From: Candidatus Latescibacterota bacterium
Lineage (GTDB): Bacteria; Latescibacterota; UBA2968; GCA-2709665
Length of the DNA: 64,000 nt
NCBI GenBank assembly: GCA_965205485.1
Contig: OZ242180.1
Location: 96,001 to 160,000 of the forward strand
Direction of reading: 5' to 3'
Numbering within the stretch: position 1 is the stretch's first letter; each line of letters begins with the position of its first letter. Both the position numbers and the translations under genes were made by a program. The notes below the pieces were generated by a model. That model was not told where the DNA came from. It saw only the letters and a list, made by a program, of their open reading frames with translations, and searched no databases. This document shows, in pieces, positions 31,391 to 41,497 of the stretch.

Positions 31391-33556
31391 CTAATTCCCC
31401 GAGGTTTTCCCAAAATTCTTCGCGAATATCAGGAAGTCCGAGAATCCCACCTCGCCGTCACCATCCAGGTCGAACTGGGCGTTATAACCCAGGTCACCGA
31501 GACTCAATCCGAAACGAGAGGCAAAGTGAGCGAAGTCGGCAAAGTCCACGGCGCCATCGCCGTTGAAGTCAGGGTCGGGGGTGCGAGAAACGCGGTACGG
31601 CGCCAGGTCCCACAGCAGGATGGTTCCGTCATAAGATCCCGATGCAAGCGTCCATCCATGGGGAGAAAACAACATGCTCCTGACGATGTCTTTGTGCCCT
31701 TCAAGATCGGCGATAATTTCCCCCGTGGATATGTCGTATAGCCTGACCAGCGTCCCCCTACTCGTCGCGAACATGGTCCTGTCCGGAGAGAATGCCGCGG
31801 AACGGCCTGTCCTGTCTTGCAATGGCGCGGTGGCGGCACCCGTCGCCAGGTCCCACACCTTGAGGATACCGTGGGCTGGAGCGGTAGCCATTCGCGCCCC
31901 ATTCTGTGAAAAGGCCATTGAGACAATCCGTTCAGCATGCCCGCCAAGGTCATGGGTGGTGGCGCCGGTGCTAACGTCCCACAGCCTGACCTCTCCTTCG
32001 GTCGTGCCCGCGGCCAGAGTTGCGCCATCCGGTGAAAAAAGGAGCGTCTCGACCCGTGAATTAAGGCTGGCAAACCTCTCAATCGTCTTTGCGGTCGTCA
32101 CGGGCCAGCGGTAGACATTTCCTTCGAAGTCCCCTGAAGCGATGGTCGTACCGTCGGGCGAAAAGGATACCGATCTGACCCGATGGGTGTGTGGGAACGT
32201 GTTGATGCGGCTGTGTGAGTCGAGGTCCCACAGCCTGACCGTTCTGTCCTGCGATGCCGAAGCCAGGGTCGTACCGTCGGGCGAAAACGACATCGACGTG
32301 AACACACTGGAATGCCCGCCTAGCGTTGCTTGTAACCGTCCGGATCCAGCGTCCCATATATCAATCTTTCCCCTCCCCGCCAGGGTGTGTGAAGCCAGGG
32401 TCGCGCCGTCCGTTGAAAACGCCATACCCCAAACGACTCCCATGTAGCCGGAGACGGCGGTGGAGTTTCCCGTTTCCAGGTCCCACAGGAAGACGCCACC
32501 CGCTGATGCCGTGGCGAGCGTCTCGCCATCGGGAGAAAATGAAATCGAGACAACCGTGTCACTATGGCGGTCAAACGTGGCGAAATCTTGCAGCGTTGCC
32601 GTGCGCCAGATTCTGACCAGGCCGTTATAGGCGCCAGTGGCGAAAGTGGAACCCGTTGGAGAAAACGCGACAGCGTAAAGGGCGCTGTTGTCTTTGATCA
32701 GCGTGGAGGAAACGGTGCGAGAGGCGACGTCCCAAAGCTTAACCATACCGTCGGCGGAAGCCGACGCCAGGATCTTTCCATCCGGAGTAAAGGCCACGGA
32801 AAGGACCTCCCTGCGATGTCCATCCAGGCTAGCGGTTTCGGCGCCGGTTGCCACGTCCCACAGCTTGATGGTTCCGTCCTCGCGACCCGAAGCAATCGCT
32901 TTACCATCGGGAGAAAAGGCCGCCGAGGTCCCCACAGACGAGATTCCATCTAAGGTGGCGAAATGCCTGCCGGCCGCAAGGTCCCATACTTCAATCCGTT
33001 CACCACTTGAGCCGAAGGCGATGGTTTTCCCGTCCGGAGAAAACGACAGATACTTAATCCATACACCCGTCTCTATAGTTCCGGTCTGTGTTCCCGTTTC
33101 CAAGTCCCACAGCTTGATCTCACCATTATCAATCCCAGAACCCCTGGCACTCCCCCAGGCGAGGGTTGCGCTGTCCGGCGAAAAAGCCACCGAATGGGCA
33201 ATGTCGGACGGCAGCAGAGTGAAATTGGACGGGTCTTCCACGGCGTACAGCCATACGCCGAGCGCGCTTGTCACTGCAATTAGCTTTCCATCTGGAGAAA
33301 ACGCAATTGCCCGGTCACCCTGGCCAATTTTCCCCTTCCCAATACGGACGGTTGCGCCTCGCGGCAAGTGCGACGTCGGATAATCCGAGGGGTTACCCGG
33401 CCAAACAGGGATTCGAACTTCCCCGGCGTCGGATGCCTCGGCAATACTCCTGGGCATGAAGCCGCAGGAAAAAGCTGAGAGGAAGAGCACAACCCCCACG
33501 AAAACGCAAGTATTGAAGGTCTTAATCGAGGTGAGGCGACAAATGGAGTTCGACAT
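31391..33556 (-). CDS. Secreted WD40-repeat protein with C-terminal dockerin/EF-hand-like domain
   Basis: Paralogue of 26542-28641: YPTSHLPRGATVRIGKG cap, WD40 repeats, DFNGDG/DLDGDG loops. Confidence 0.88.
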   Translation of the reverse strand: MSNSICRLTSIKTFNTCVFVGVVLFLSAFSCGFMPRSIAEASDAGEVRIPVWPGNPSDYPTSHLPRGATVRIGKGKIGQGDRAIAFSPDGKLIAVTSALGVWLYAVEDPSNFTLLPSDIAHSVAFSPDSATLAWGSARGSGIDNGEIKLWDLETGTQTGTIETGVWIKYLSFSPDGKTIAFGSSGERIEVWDLAAGRHFATLDGISSVGTSAAFSPDGKAIASGREDGTIKLWDVATGAETASLDGHRREVLSVAFTPDGKILASASADGMVKLWDVASRTVSSTLIKDNSALYAVAFSPTGSTFATGAYNGLVRIWRTATLQDFATFDRHSDTVVSISFSPDGETLATASAGGVFLWDLETGNSTAVSGYMGVVWGMAFSTDGATLASHTLAGRGKIDIWDAGSGRLQATLGGHSSVFTSMSFSPDGTTLASASQDRTVRLWDLDSHSRINTFPHTHRVRSVSFSPDGTTIASGDFEGNVYRWPVTTAKTIERFASLNSRVETLLFSPDGATLAAGTTEGEVRLWDVSTGATTHDLGGHAERIVSMAFSQNGARMATAPAHGILKVWDLATGAATAPLQDRTGRSAAFSPDRTMFATSRGTLVRLYDISTGEIIADLEGHKDIVRSMLFSPHGWTLASGSYDGTILLWDLAPYRVSRTPDPDFNGDGAVDFADFAHFASRFGLSLGDLGYNAQFDLDGDGEVGFSDFLIFAKNFGKTSGN

Positions 33557-33648
33557 AAAAAGCCCCTTCTTTGTAAAAACCGGCTGCACTCAACGTCTGA
33601 TTGACAGACCCCTTTGCAAAATGCAACAGTGTGCAGGCCAAATGCCAC

Positions 33649-36600
33649 CTAACTCCCCGTGATCTTCCCGAAGTTCGTCGCGAAGATCAGAAAGTCCGAA
33701 AATCCCACTTCGCCGTCACCATCCAGATCGTATCTCGCGTCATAGCCGGAATCGCTCTGGCCTAGTCCGAAATTCGCCGCGAATTGAATGAAGTCGGCAA
33801 ATCCAACGGCGCCATCTTGGTTGAAATCAGGATTGGGAGTCTCACTACTGCGATACCGCGCCAGGTCCCATAGAAGAATAGTGCCATCGTAAGATCCCGA
33901 TGCGAGGCTTTTGCCGTCGGGCGTGAATGACACGCTAGTGACGAAGTGATTGTGTCCCTCAAAAGTAGCGACAATGTCGCCCGTGGACATGTCGTATAAC
34001 CTGACCAACTTTTCTTGCGTACCGGTGGCGAACGTCGTTCCGTCGGGGGAGAACGCTACGCAGTCGATCCATTTTGCTTCCCGTGTTGCTACAATTGAAC
34101 CCGTCGCCGTATCCCAGAGCTTCACGGTACCCTGGTATGAACCGGTAGCCAGGGTTTCACCGTCCTGCATAAAAGCCATGGAGAGGATTCGGCCCGAGTG
34201 TCCTTCGAGGTCGCGAATGGTGGCGCCCGTCGCGACGTCCCAGAGCCTGATCGCTCCGCCGTAGGTTCCCGCAGCGAGGGTGGCGCCCCGTCGCGAAAAA
34301 ACCAGACTCTTAGCGGAATGACTGAGGCCGGAAAGCGTCTTGATCTTCTCTTTGGTCGTCATGTCCCAGAGGTAGACCCCTCTTTCAGCATCCCCCGCGG
34401 CCAAAGTCGTCCCGTCGGGTGAAATGGAAACCGAGACGACTTCAATGGAATGGGGCAACGTGGCAACAGTGCGGCCAGTTTCCAGGTCCCACAGTGTGAC
34501 CGTCCCGTCAAACGATGCGTTCGCGAGGGTCGTCCCATCGGGGGACACGGCTATTGACCTGATCGGCGCACAATCGAGCGTGCCAAGCCTGGCAACCATC
34601 CGTCCCGTTTCAACGTCCCACACCTCGACCTTTTTCATGAGTGTTGAAGAACGGGAGATAAGCGTCGAGCCGTCTGGTGAAAACGCCATACCCGATATCT
34701 GTCCGGAGTGGCCGGAAAGGGTGGTCGCATTTCCTGTAGCGAGGTCCCACAGCTTTACGGTGCCATCATTTGAAGCCGAGGCCAGGACGCTGCCCTTCGG
34801 ATTGAATGAAACCGCGTAGACGTTGTCCCCGTGGCCATTGAACGTTGCGATATCTCGTCGTGCCGACACGTCCCACAGTGTGACGTTTCCATCCCACCAG
34901 CCGACAGCGAGGATCCCGCCGTCGGGCGAAAACGCCACACTAATGGGCTGCGACGTTTTGCGCACAGTGACGGACATCGTGCCTGTTGCGACGTCCCAAA
35001 TCCTGACCGTACCGTCGGCGGAAGCCGACGCGAGGGCTCTACCGTCTGGTGAAAAGGTCACGGACTCGATATAGCGACGATGGCCCTCCAGGATGGAGGT
35101 GGTGTTTTTCGTCGCGACATCCCACAACCTGATCGTTCCGTCATCGTGCCCGGATGCGAGGGTGGCTCCATCCGGCGAATACGTGAGACTTGTAGGATGG
35201 TCCGTAAACGCTTCGTACGTCCCAATGGTCCATGCACCTTCGCCCGACGCCACATCACGTAACTTCAACGTCGCATAGCCTCCAGGGTAGGCGAGGGTTC
35301 TTCCGTCCGGTGATAGCAATAGATTGGCAAAGTCACCCTCTTGCATGGGTATGCGGGTATAGGTTTCCGTTGCCAGGTCCCAGAGCCTGACCTCTCCTTC
35401 GCCATGCCACCCTCCGGATGAGACAAGCGTTTTTCCGTCCGGTGAAAAGGACACTGAATGGACGACACCTGAGGGCAGAAGGGTGAATCTTTTCGGGTTT
35501 TCCACGTGGTAGAGCCATACGCCGATACCACTCGCAACAGCAACAGACCTTCCGTCAGGCGAAAAGGCAACCGCCCTCTGGCTCTCGCCAATGGCGCCCT
35601 TTCCAAGACGAAGGCTGGCACGCCCAGGCAAATGCCAGGTAGGGTAATCCAGCGCGTTGCCCGATTCGACACGGGTTCCAACGCCCACGGCATTGAACGT
35701 CTCGACTACGAGTTCGGCGATGGATGCCCTGACGGTATTCGGTCCCGGATTGGGACCGAGGGTGAGGAGGACCTGCGCCCTGCCGTCCGGACCGGTTGTT
35801 GCGTTCTCGGTGTTGAATCCGCTGCTGAAACTTCCATCCCCTCCAACGATCGAGAATGTGACCTGCGCACCTGATATGGGCTCGCCGAATTGGTCCCGCA
35901 CTTCCACGATCAATGGGTTAGTCAATACCCCTCCGGTTGCGCCCTCCTGATTGTCACCTGAAATGATCGTCACGGTCTGCGCGCGCGGCAGGGTCCACGT
36001 GGACGTATCCCATAGCTCGACCGTCTTGTCATCCGAAGTAGCGAGGAATCTTCCATCCGGTGAAAACGACATAGAAGCGGCAGCTTGTGAATGTCGAAAG
36101 GTAGCAAGACTCGCGCCTGTGGTAACGTCCCATACGTTTACTGCCTGGTCCATTGCCGCTGAAGCCAGGATCGATCCATCAGGCGAAAACAACAATCTGG
36201 TGACCCCGTTCTCATGGCCTTGTAACGTAGCTATGGCCTTTCCCTCATCTGCTCGCCACAGCCTGACTGTCTTGTCGAATGACCCTGAGGCTATAATCTT
36301 CCCATCGGGCGAAAAAGACACCGAAGAGACTCCCCGTGCGTGTCCCTCAAAAGTGTCGATGAGTTCTCCTGTAGAAACCGCCCACGTGCGAACGTTGTTG
36401 TCGCCCGCTCCGGAAACGAGAGTCGTCCCATCGGGCGAAAAGGAAACCGACGAGACTGGTTGTGAATGCCTAAGCGTTGCAAGGCTCGTGCCCGTCGCCG
36501 CGTCCCACAGCCTAATCGTATTGTCCCGTGACCTGGACGCTAGAATCTTACCAACCGGAGAGAACAAGACCGACAGCACCCCATCCGTATGACCGACGAG

Positions 36601-38088
36601 TGTGGAGATTGCCTCTCCTGCACCAACGTCCCACAGCTTGACTGACTTGTCGTATGACCCGGAAGCGAGCGTGGATCCATCCGGCGAAAACGCTATGGAT
36701 CGGACTTCATCCGTATGCCCCTTGAGTGTCAATGTGTGTTTGCCCGTCGCGACGTCCGATAGTAAGATATTTCCATCGCTTAGCCCGGAAGCGATGGTCG
36801 TCCCGTCGGACGAAAACGCCATCGAAACAATGGAGCCTGCATACGAAAGGGTGGAAAGAGTCTTGCCCGTGGCGACGTCCCAGAGCCGCATCGTATTATC
36901 GTATGAACCGGAAGCTACGACCCTTCCGTCAGGCGAGAACAACACGTTGAAGACCCAGTGCGTATGCCCCTCGAGTGAGGCGGAATGGTTTGGCGAAACA
37001 CTTACGAGATTGAACCATGCCAGCCCGACATTTCCATCGGTGTCCACCACGTTGACGTGAATCTTCTCCAGATCAGGGTTTTGTATCATCCCTACGGGAT
37101 CTCGTTCGTACTCGATGTCCACGACAGCATTTCCCTGCTGAGCCATTCCGCGCCACGCCTTTACTTCCGGAAATCCCCCACCCCAGTTCATAAGCGGAGT
37201 CGTGGCAAACAGGATCAACTGGTGAAGTTCATCAGTGTCCGCCACGTTGAATTGAAGGGTAATGTCTTCCTTGTTCGGTGGAAATTTACGCGACGAAATG
37301 AGTTCGACGGCGGGACTGGCCGTCGATTCAGTTGGAATCCCTGGATTGAAGTATGGATGCACGGAAAGGAATTGTGCGTTGCATAACGACAAACTGATCG
37401 GTTCGCTTCCATATGACATGACGTACGAATAATTCCGAAAATCGTGGTGTAAGCCAAACCCGTGACCCAGTTCATGCGCCACCGTCTGCCAGTCAAAGTC
37501 CAAGCGCATGGACGCCTCTCCACCGGTTTTCCCGTTTCTGCCTCCGCGCGGGGTAAAGCGACGGCTATTGTCGATGAACGCGATATAGATGTTCTCCCGG
37601 GTGTCGTAGTCCTGGCGAATCTCCCTGAAGACCGCGGAATGCATATTGTCGTCGTAGTGGTGGTCGCCGTGCTGTCCCGTAACACGATGGATCAGCGGCT
37701 CGCCGTTGTCGTCCGTTTCGATCTTGATGGGGTCGTGGTCAAACCCGTGCGCCTTCATGTGTTCGGCGAAAAAGCTCCGCACCTGCCGTACCGCCCTTTT
37801 TATCGAGTCTTCTACGGTGATGGAAAACGAACGGTCGTTGGGAACGAAGTAGATCACCCGCACCGTGCGTGGGTCGCCTGTGTTCAGGCTGAATGCCCGC
37901 TTCCCCGCGGCTTCAGAGCCCTCGGTCTCCACCTGCGATAGATCGATAGGCTTGCAGAACAGCGGGTGTTCGTCCGGATCGGCGAACGCGTAGCCCACAA
38001 AGACAGGTGAGAGGAGAACGCAGAATGCGGCAAAGAAGCAAAATACGACTCCATTCCGCGTGCAGTAACGAGATCTGGTTGCCTGCAT
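33649..38088 (-). CDS. Large secreted metallopeptidase + WD40 + Ig-like + WD40 + dockerin-like protein
   Basis: AHELGHGFGLHHD (HExxHxxGxxH) with YVMSY Met-turn; about 20 WD40 repeats; ISGDNQ...VEVRDQFG; GAGGAGG RBS before MQATRS. Confidence 0.88.
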   Translation of the reverse strand: MQATRSRYCTRNGVVFCFFAAFCVLLSPVFVGYAFADPDEHPLFCKPIDLSQVETEGSEAAGKRAFSLNTGDPRTVRVIYFVPNDRSFSITVEDSIKRAVRQVRSFFAEHMKAHGFDHDPIKIETDDNGEPLIHRVTGQHGDHHYDDNMHSAVFREIRQDYDTRENIYIAFIDNSRRFTPRGGRNGKTGGEASMRLDFDWQTVAHELGHGFGLHHDFRNYSYVMSYGSEPISLSLCNAQFLSVHPYFNPGIPTESTASPAVELISSRKFPPNKEDITLQFNVADTDELHQLILFATTPLMNWGGGFPEVKAWRGMAQQGNAVVDIEYERDPVGMIQNPDLEKIHVNVVDTDGNVGLAWFNLVSVSPNHSASLEGHTHWVFNVLFSPDGRVVASGSYDNTMRLWDVATGKTLSTLSYAGSIVSMAFSSDGTTIASGLSDGNILLSDVATGKHTLTLKGHTDEVRSIAFSPDGSTLASGSYDKSVKLWDVGAGEAISTLVGHTDGVLSVLFSPVGKILASRSRDNTIRLWDAATGTSLATLRHSQPVSSVSFSPDGTTLVSGAGDNNVRTWAVSTGELIDTFEGHARGVSSVSFSPDGKIIASGSFDKTVRLWRADEGKAIATLQGHENGVTRLLFSPDGSILASAAMDQAVNVWDVTTGASLATFRHSQAAASMSFSPDGRFLATSDDKTVELWDTSTWTLPRAQTVTIISGDNQEGATGGVLTNPLIVEVRDQFGEPISGAQVTFSIVGGDGSFSSGFNTENATTGPDGRAQVLLTLGPNPGPNTVRASIAELVVETFNAVGVGTRVESGNALDYPTWHLPGRASLRLGKGAIGESQRAVAFSPDGRSVAVASGIGVWLYHVENPKRFTLLPSGVVHSVSFSPDGKTLVSSGGWHGEGEVRLWDLATETYTRIPMQEGDFANLLLSPDGRTLAYPGGYATLKLRDVASGEGAWTIGTYEAFTDHPTSLTYSPDGATLASGHDDGTIRLWDVATKNTTSILEGHRRYIESVTFSPDGRALASASADGTVRIWDVATGTMSVTVRKTSQPISVAFSPDGGILAVGWWDGNVTLWDVSARRDIATFNGHGDNVYAVSFNPKGSVLASASNDGTVKLWDLATGNATTLSGHSGQISGMAFSPDGSTLISRSSTLMKKVEVWDVETGRMVARLGTLDCAPIRSIAVSPDGTTLANASFDGTVTLWDLETGRTVATLPHSIEVVSVSISPDGTTLAAGDAERGVYLWDMTTKEKIKTLSGLSHSAKSLVFSRRGATLAAGTYGGAIRLWDVATGATIRDLEGHSGRILSMAFMQDGETLATGSYQGTVKLWDTATGSIVATREAKWIDCVAFSPDGTTFATGTQEKLVRLYDMSTGDIVATFEGHNHFVTSVSFTPDGKSLASGSYDGTILLWDLARYRSSETPNPDFNQDGAVGFADFIQFAANFGLGQSDSGYDARYDLDGDGEVGFSDFLIFATNFGKITGS

Positions 38089-38406
38089 TGCGAAGTCCTC
38101 CTCGTCCGTACCTACTGGCATAGAATACAGTCCCAATCGCGGCCAAGGGTGGGTCGGGGGCTGATGTTGTGACGCCTGCCCGTTGCGGATCGATTCCTCT
38201 CGCGCGGCAGGCGTTCAATTGAATCGGTCGATCCGCCATCGCCAATGGCTTGGCGCCAAATGAGTTAGCTATCGTGGCGTTACCGTATGCGGAAAATAAC
38301 TGTGTTACATCAAGAAACCTAATGAAATTTTGATGAATTTCGCTGGTTTTTGATGAATTTCCTTGAATTCGCGAATCATGGCGGGTCCCGGCGTCGCAGT
38401 CCGGTT

Positions 38407-39135
38407 TCAAATACCTACCACCGCTTCCGCCATCTCGCCGAGCGAGAAGAAGACGTAGTCGGTCTTCGGCATCGTTTCCACGCTTTCGGTCGCGCCCCAA
38501 CTTCCGCCCTCCGACAGACGTTGCCGGTCGATCCAGGCGGTGGCCAGACCGAATTTCCTCGCAGGAACGTGGTCGTGAAACAGGCTCTGCGCGGTGTGCA
38601 GGACGTCCGGGGGATCCAGACTCAAGTCAGACTTCAGGTGGGCCAGCAGGTACTCGAAGTTGGTGTCGGCGGGCTTGTAGGAACCGATGTCTTCCGCGGT
38701 GTAGATGGCGTCGAACTCGACGCCCAGCTTGCGGTTGGAGGCGGCGATGCCGGCGCGGTGGACGTTTGAGAGGATCACCAGCTTGAAGTGTTGCTTTAGG
38801 ATTCGCAGCGCGTCGGCGGTGTCGGGGAACGCGGGCCAGTGCGGCACCGAGGCGCCGAATGCCGCGTCGAGTCCGTCGTCGGTTTTCAGGTCAAAGCGCT
38901 CCGCGACGCGCGCGTGTACCATGGCGAGCAGGTCCGGATAGCGCAGGCCGGGCGTGGTCCGCTCCTGCGTACTCTCGCATTGCGCGAATGCGCGGAGCGC
39001 GTCGTCTCTCGTGAGGCGTGAACCCGGGTTGCACATGATCAGGGGCTGCAATGCGTCCCAGATACCGCGCTCCCAGTCGATCAGGGTGCCGTAGCAGTCG
39101 AACGTGAGGACACGGTAGTCGGTCAGCGGACGCAT
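38407..39135 (-). CDS. HAD-family hydrolase, haloacid dehalogenase type II-like
   Basis: LTFDCYGTLIDW, ILSN, SYKP and QSLFHDH; start placed at MRPLTD (39135). Confidence 0.9.
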   Translation of the reverse strand: MRPLTDYRVLTFDCYGTLIDWERGIWDALQPLIMCNPGSRLTRDDALRAFAQCESTQERTTPGLRYPDLLAMVHARVAERFDLKTDDGLDAAFGASVPHWPAFPDTADALRILKQHFKLVILSNVHRAGIAASNRKLGVEFDAIYTAEDIGSYKPADTNFEYLLAHLKSDLSLDPPDVLHTAQSLFHDHVPARKFGLATAWIDRQRLSEGGSWGATESVETMPKTDYVFFSLGEMAEAVVGI

Positions 39136-39176
39136 TCGCCTGTCGCTATCTCCTTCGATCCCCGGGGGCGTGTCGT

Positions 39177-39977
39177 CTATGCGGCGGCGATGGTCTCGCG
39201 CAGGTGCCGGGCCGCCAGCCTGAAGGTCTCCCTGTCGTCGCATTCGTTGACGTCCTGCCCCTCGAACGTGATCGAAACCACGCCGTTGAAGCGTGCTGAC
39301 TTGAGTATACCGACGATGCGCGGGTAATCCAGCCAATCCTCCCGGCCGCTGTCGATCTTGTAGATCTTGGCGCGGACGTGGGACGCATACGGCGCGGTCT
39401 GTTCCATGAAGCGGTAGATGTCCACGTCCGGATCGCCCACGCCGCGATTCAGCCCCGGCGACCCCACCCATTGGCCGGTGTCCAGGATGAAGGTGAAGTT
39501 CTCGCGGTCGGTTTCCCGCAATATGCGCAGGACGTTGTCGCCGGTGCTCGGGTGATTCTGAAGGCCTACGATAATCCCGGCGTCGGCCGCAAAATCGCAC
39601 ACTTCCTGAAAGCAGCGGATCTCGCGCCCGGCGTCCCCCACCCCCGGCGCCCCGCAGAAGAGCCGGATCATCGGCGCGCCCAGATAAGCGGCCACTGCCA
39701 CGTCGGCCTTCGCCTGCGCCACCTTCTGCCGCAACTCCTCGTCCGTCCCGACGAAATGGCCGCCCGACGCGAGATAGCCGATGGGAAGCCCGGCTTTCAG
39801 GCATTTTATCTTCAGACCCCGAAGATAGTCGCGGTCCAGGGAGCCGAAACCCACGTCCACCCTGAAGTCGATCACATCCAGCTGCAGTTCTCGCGCAAGA
39901 TCGATGAATGACTCGACGTCCGGAAACGTCTTGGGTTCGTCCTTGCCGAAGTACGAAGCGTATATGCCGACCTTCAT
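39177..39977 (-). CDS. Sugar-phosphate isomerase/epimerase (xylose isomerase-like TIM barrel)
   Basis: LGAPMIRLFCG, GLQNH, LDTGQW, HVRAK, LDYPRIV and ITFEG. Confidence 0.85.
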   Translation of the reverse strand: MKVGIYASYFGKDEPKTFPDVESFIDLARELQLDVIDFRVDVGFGSLDRDYLRGLKIKCLKAGLPIGYLASGGHFVGTDEELRQKVAQAKADVAVAAYLGAPMIRLFCGAPGVGDAGREIRCFQEVCDFAADAGIIVGLQNHPSTGDNVLRILRETDRENFTFILDTGQWVGSPGLNRGVGDPDVDIYRFMEQTAPYASHVRAKIYKIDSGREDWLDYPRIVGILKSARFNGVVSITFEGQDVNECDDRETFRLAARHLRETIAAA

Positions 39978-39994
39978 TTCGAGTCCCTCCGATA

Positions 39995-40069
39995 GTAGGG
40001 GCAACCCTTGTGGTTGCCCGCGTTTTGGCGCAAGGTGTACACATAGGGCGACCGGCCGGTCGCCCCTAC
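39995..40069. repeat. Inverted GTAG REP doublet
   Basis: GTAGGGGCAACCCTTGTGGTTGCCC ... GGGCGACCGGCCGGTCGCCCCTAC; a related single copy lies at 46759-46783. Confidence 0.8.
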
Positions 40070-40185
40070 GAAAACCAGACATCCGGTAATTGATATCGCC
40101 AGGCCGTATCGCAAACCCGGTTTTGGCTGATAGCTGACGGCTGATCGGCTGATAGCTATCGGCTCCTAGCTTTTTCTGTCCCGCC

Positions 40186-41031
40186 CTAAACCGCCCGGTT
40201 GGCCTCGTCGACGTACTGGTTGATGCCGGGTACTTCCCTCATCCCGTGCCAGACCCCGCGGAACAGCGTCTGTCGTTTTGGCGGCAGGGACGCGATCACC
40301 TCGGGCGCCGGGCAGCCCTTGCCCCACTTGGCATTGACCGTGTTGTAGCAGGTAAAGAGACTCAGCCGGTCGCGCGACTCGTTGGTCCAGCGCGTGCCGG
40401 TGTGGCACAGGGCCTCCGTGAAGATCACCGCCGATCCCGCGGGACAGGTGTAGGTCTCCCACAGCGGACTCTCGCGGCCGCTGATTTCGTCGGGCCGAGG
40501 AAAGGCCGCCTTGTGACTGCCGGTCAGGAACATCGTCCCGCCGTCGCCGGGGCCCACTTCGTTGAGCTCCCATACCACGCGGGTCAACCCCGAGTGGACC
40601 TGCCCCGGCAGCATCTGGTAGATGTGTGAATTGCCGCAGAAGGAAAAGTAGGCGCCGCCGCCGTGGGGCCCGAAGTTGTCGTGACCGGCCTTTCGATGGC
40701 TGGTGTACGTGTGGTCGTACCGGAACCCGTAACAGTCTTCGGTCGCCAGCGGGCGATGCGAGAGGATTTCATTGAGCACCCCGACCACGGCCGGATGATC
40801 CAGCAGCACCTGCGACGGACCCCCGTGGTTGTCCCGTTCTTCCGGCGGAAGCGTGTCGCGCCGGTAGAGAAAATCCATCTGATGCTGCCGGATGCGGTCG
40901 AGTTGCTCCTCGTCGAACAGATCGGGGAGGCAGATCCAGCCGTTCAGATCGAAGATGTACTTCTGCGCGTCGGTCATCGGTACAACCGGCAGACCGTCCG
41001 CGTTGGTTGTGGGGACCAGTTCGGTATCCAT
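40186..41031 (-). CDS. Phytanoyl-CoA dioxygenase family protein (HxG variant)
   Basis: QKYIFDLNGW, LLDHP, PHGGG, GGTMFLTGSHK, AGSAVIFTEALCH and R.SLF. Confidence 0.82.
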   Translation of the reverse strand: MDTELVPTTNADGLPVVPMTDAQKYIFDLNGWICLPDLFDEEQLDRIRQHQMDFLYRRDTLPPEERDNHGGPSQVLLDHPAVVGVLNEILSHRPLATEDCYGFRYDHTYTSHRKAGHDNFGPHGGGAYFSFCGNSHIYQMLPGQVHSGLTRVVWELNEVGPGDGGTMFLTGSHKAAFPRPDEISGRESPLWETYTCPAGSAVIFTEALCHTGTRWTNESRDRLSLFTCYNTVNAKWGKGCPAPEVIASLPPKRQTLFRGVWHGMREVPGINQYVDEANRAV

Positions 41032-41190
41032 GTGTCCTCGCAGATTGGTTGAGGTTGATCAACGCACGCGAATTTCCAATTTGCGCTACGATTGAAGCGT
41101 ACTCTTCGAATTCAATCGAGCCAGCGACGGGTCGGGGACCACGCTGAAAGCCTTTCTTCTGTCTTGTTTCCGGGAGAAATCCAACGATGC

Positions 41191-41216
41191 GGGCAGACAG
41201 GAATGTCCGCCCCACC
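41191..41216 (-). repeat. REP-like palindrome (same family as 8186-8211 and 8515-8540)
   Basis: Reverse complement GGTGGGGCGGACATTCCTGTCTGCCC. Confidence 0.7.
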
Positions 41217-41497
41217 TTCACACCGACCGCTTGAGTGTCCCGTTCTAAGATACTTCCGAGACACCGAAATTTCAAGACGCGCGGCGCATGAGGTTGCGGC
41301 GTTTCACCTGTTTTGAGGTCGGTCACAGGCGCCGTTCGAATTATCGCGCGTAAAGCAGCGAAAAAACTTTGAATCAGGCCGATTTCCGGCTATATTTCAG
41401 AAGCGCCAGGAAACCGTGATTCGAAACACCCGTTGCGAGCGCCGTACAAATCTGAATTCTCCCCAACATATCTGCATTCAGGACAGGAGCCAGGTAC

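Noticed and set aside
38407..40044. 545 aa fusion ORF ending in a HAD domain
   Set aside because: The N-terminal ~300 aa is an off-frame overlap of the TIM-barrel gene; the HAD motif I begins just after 39135.
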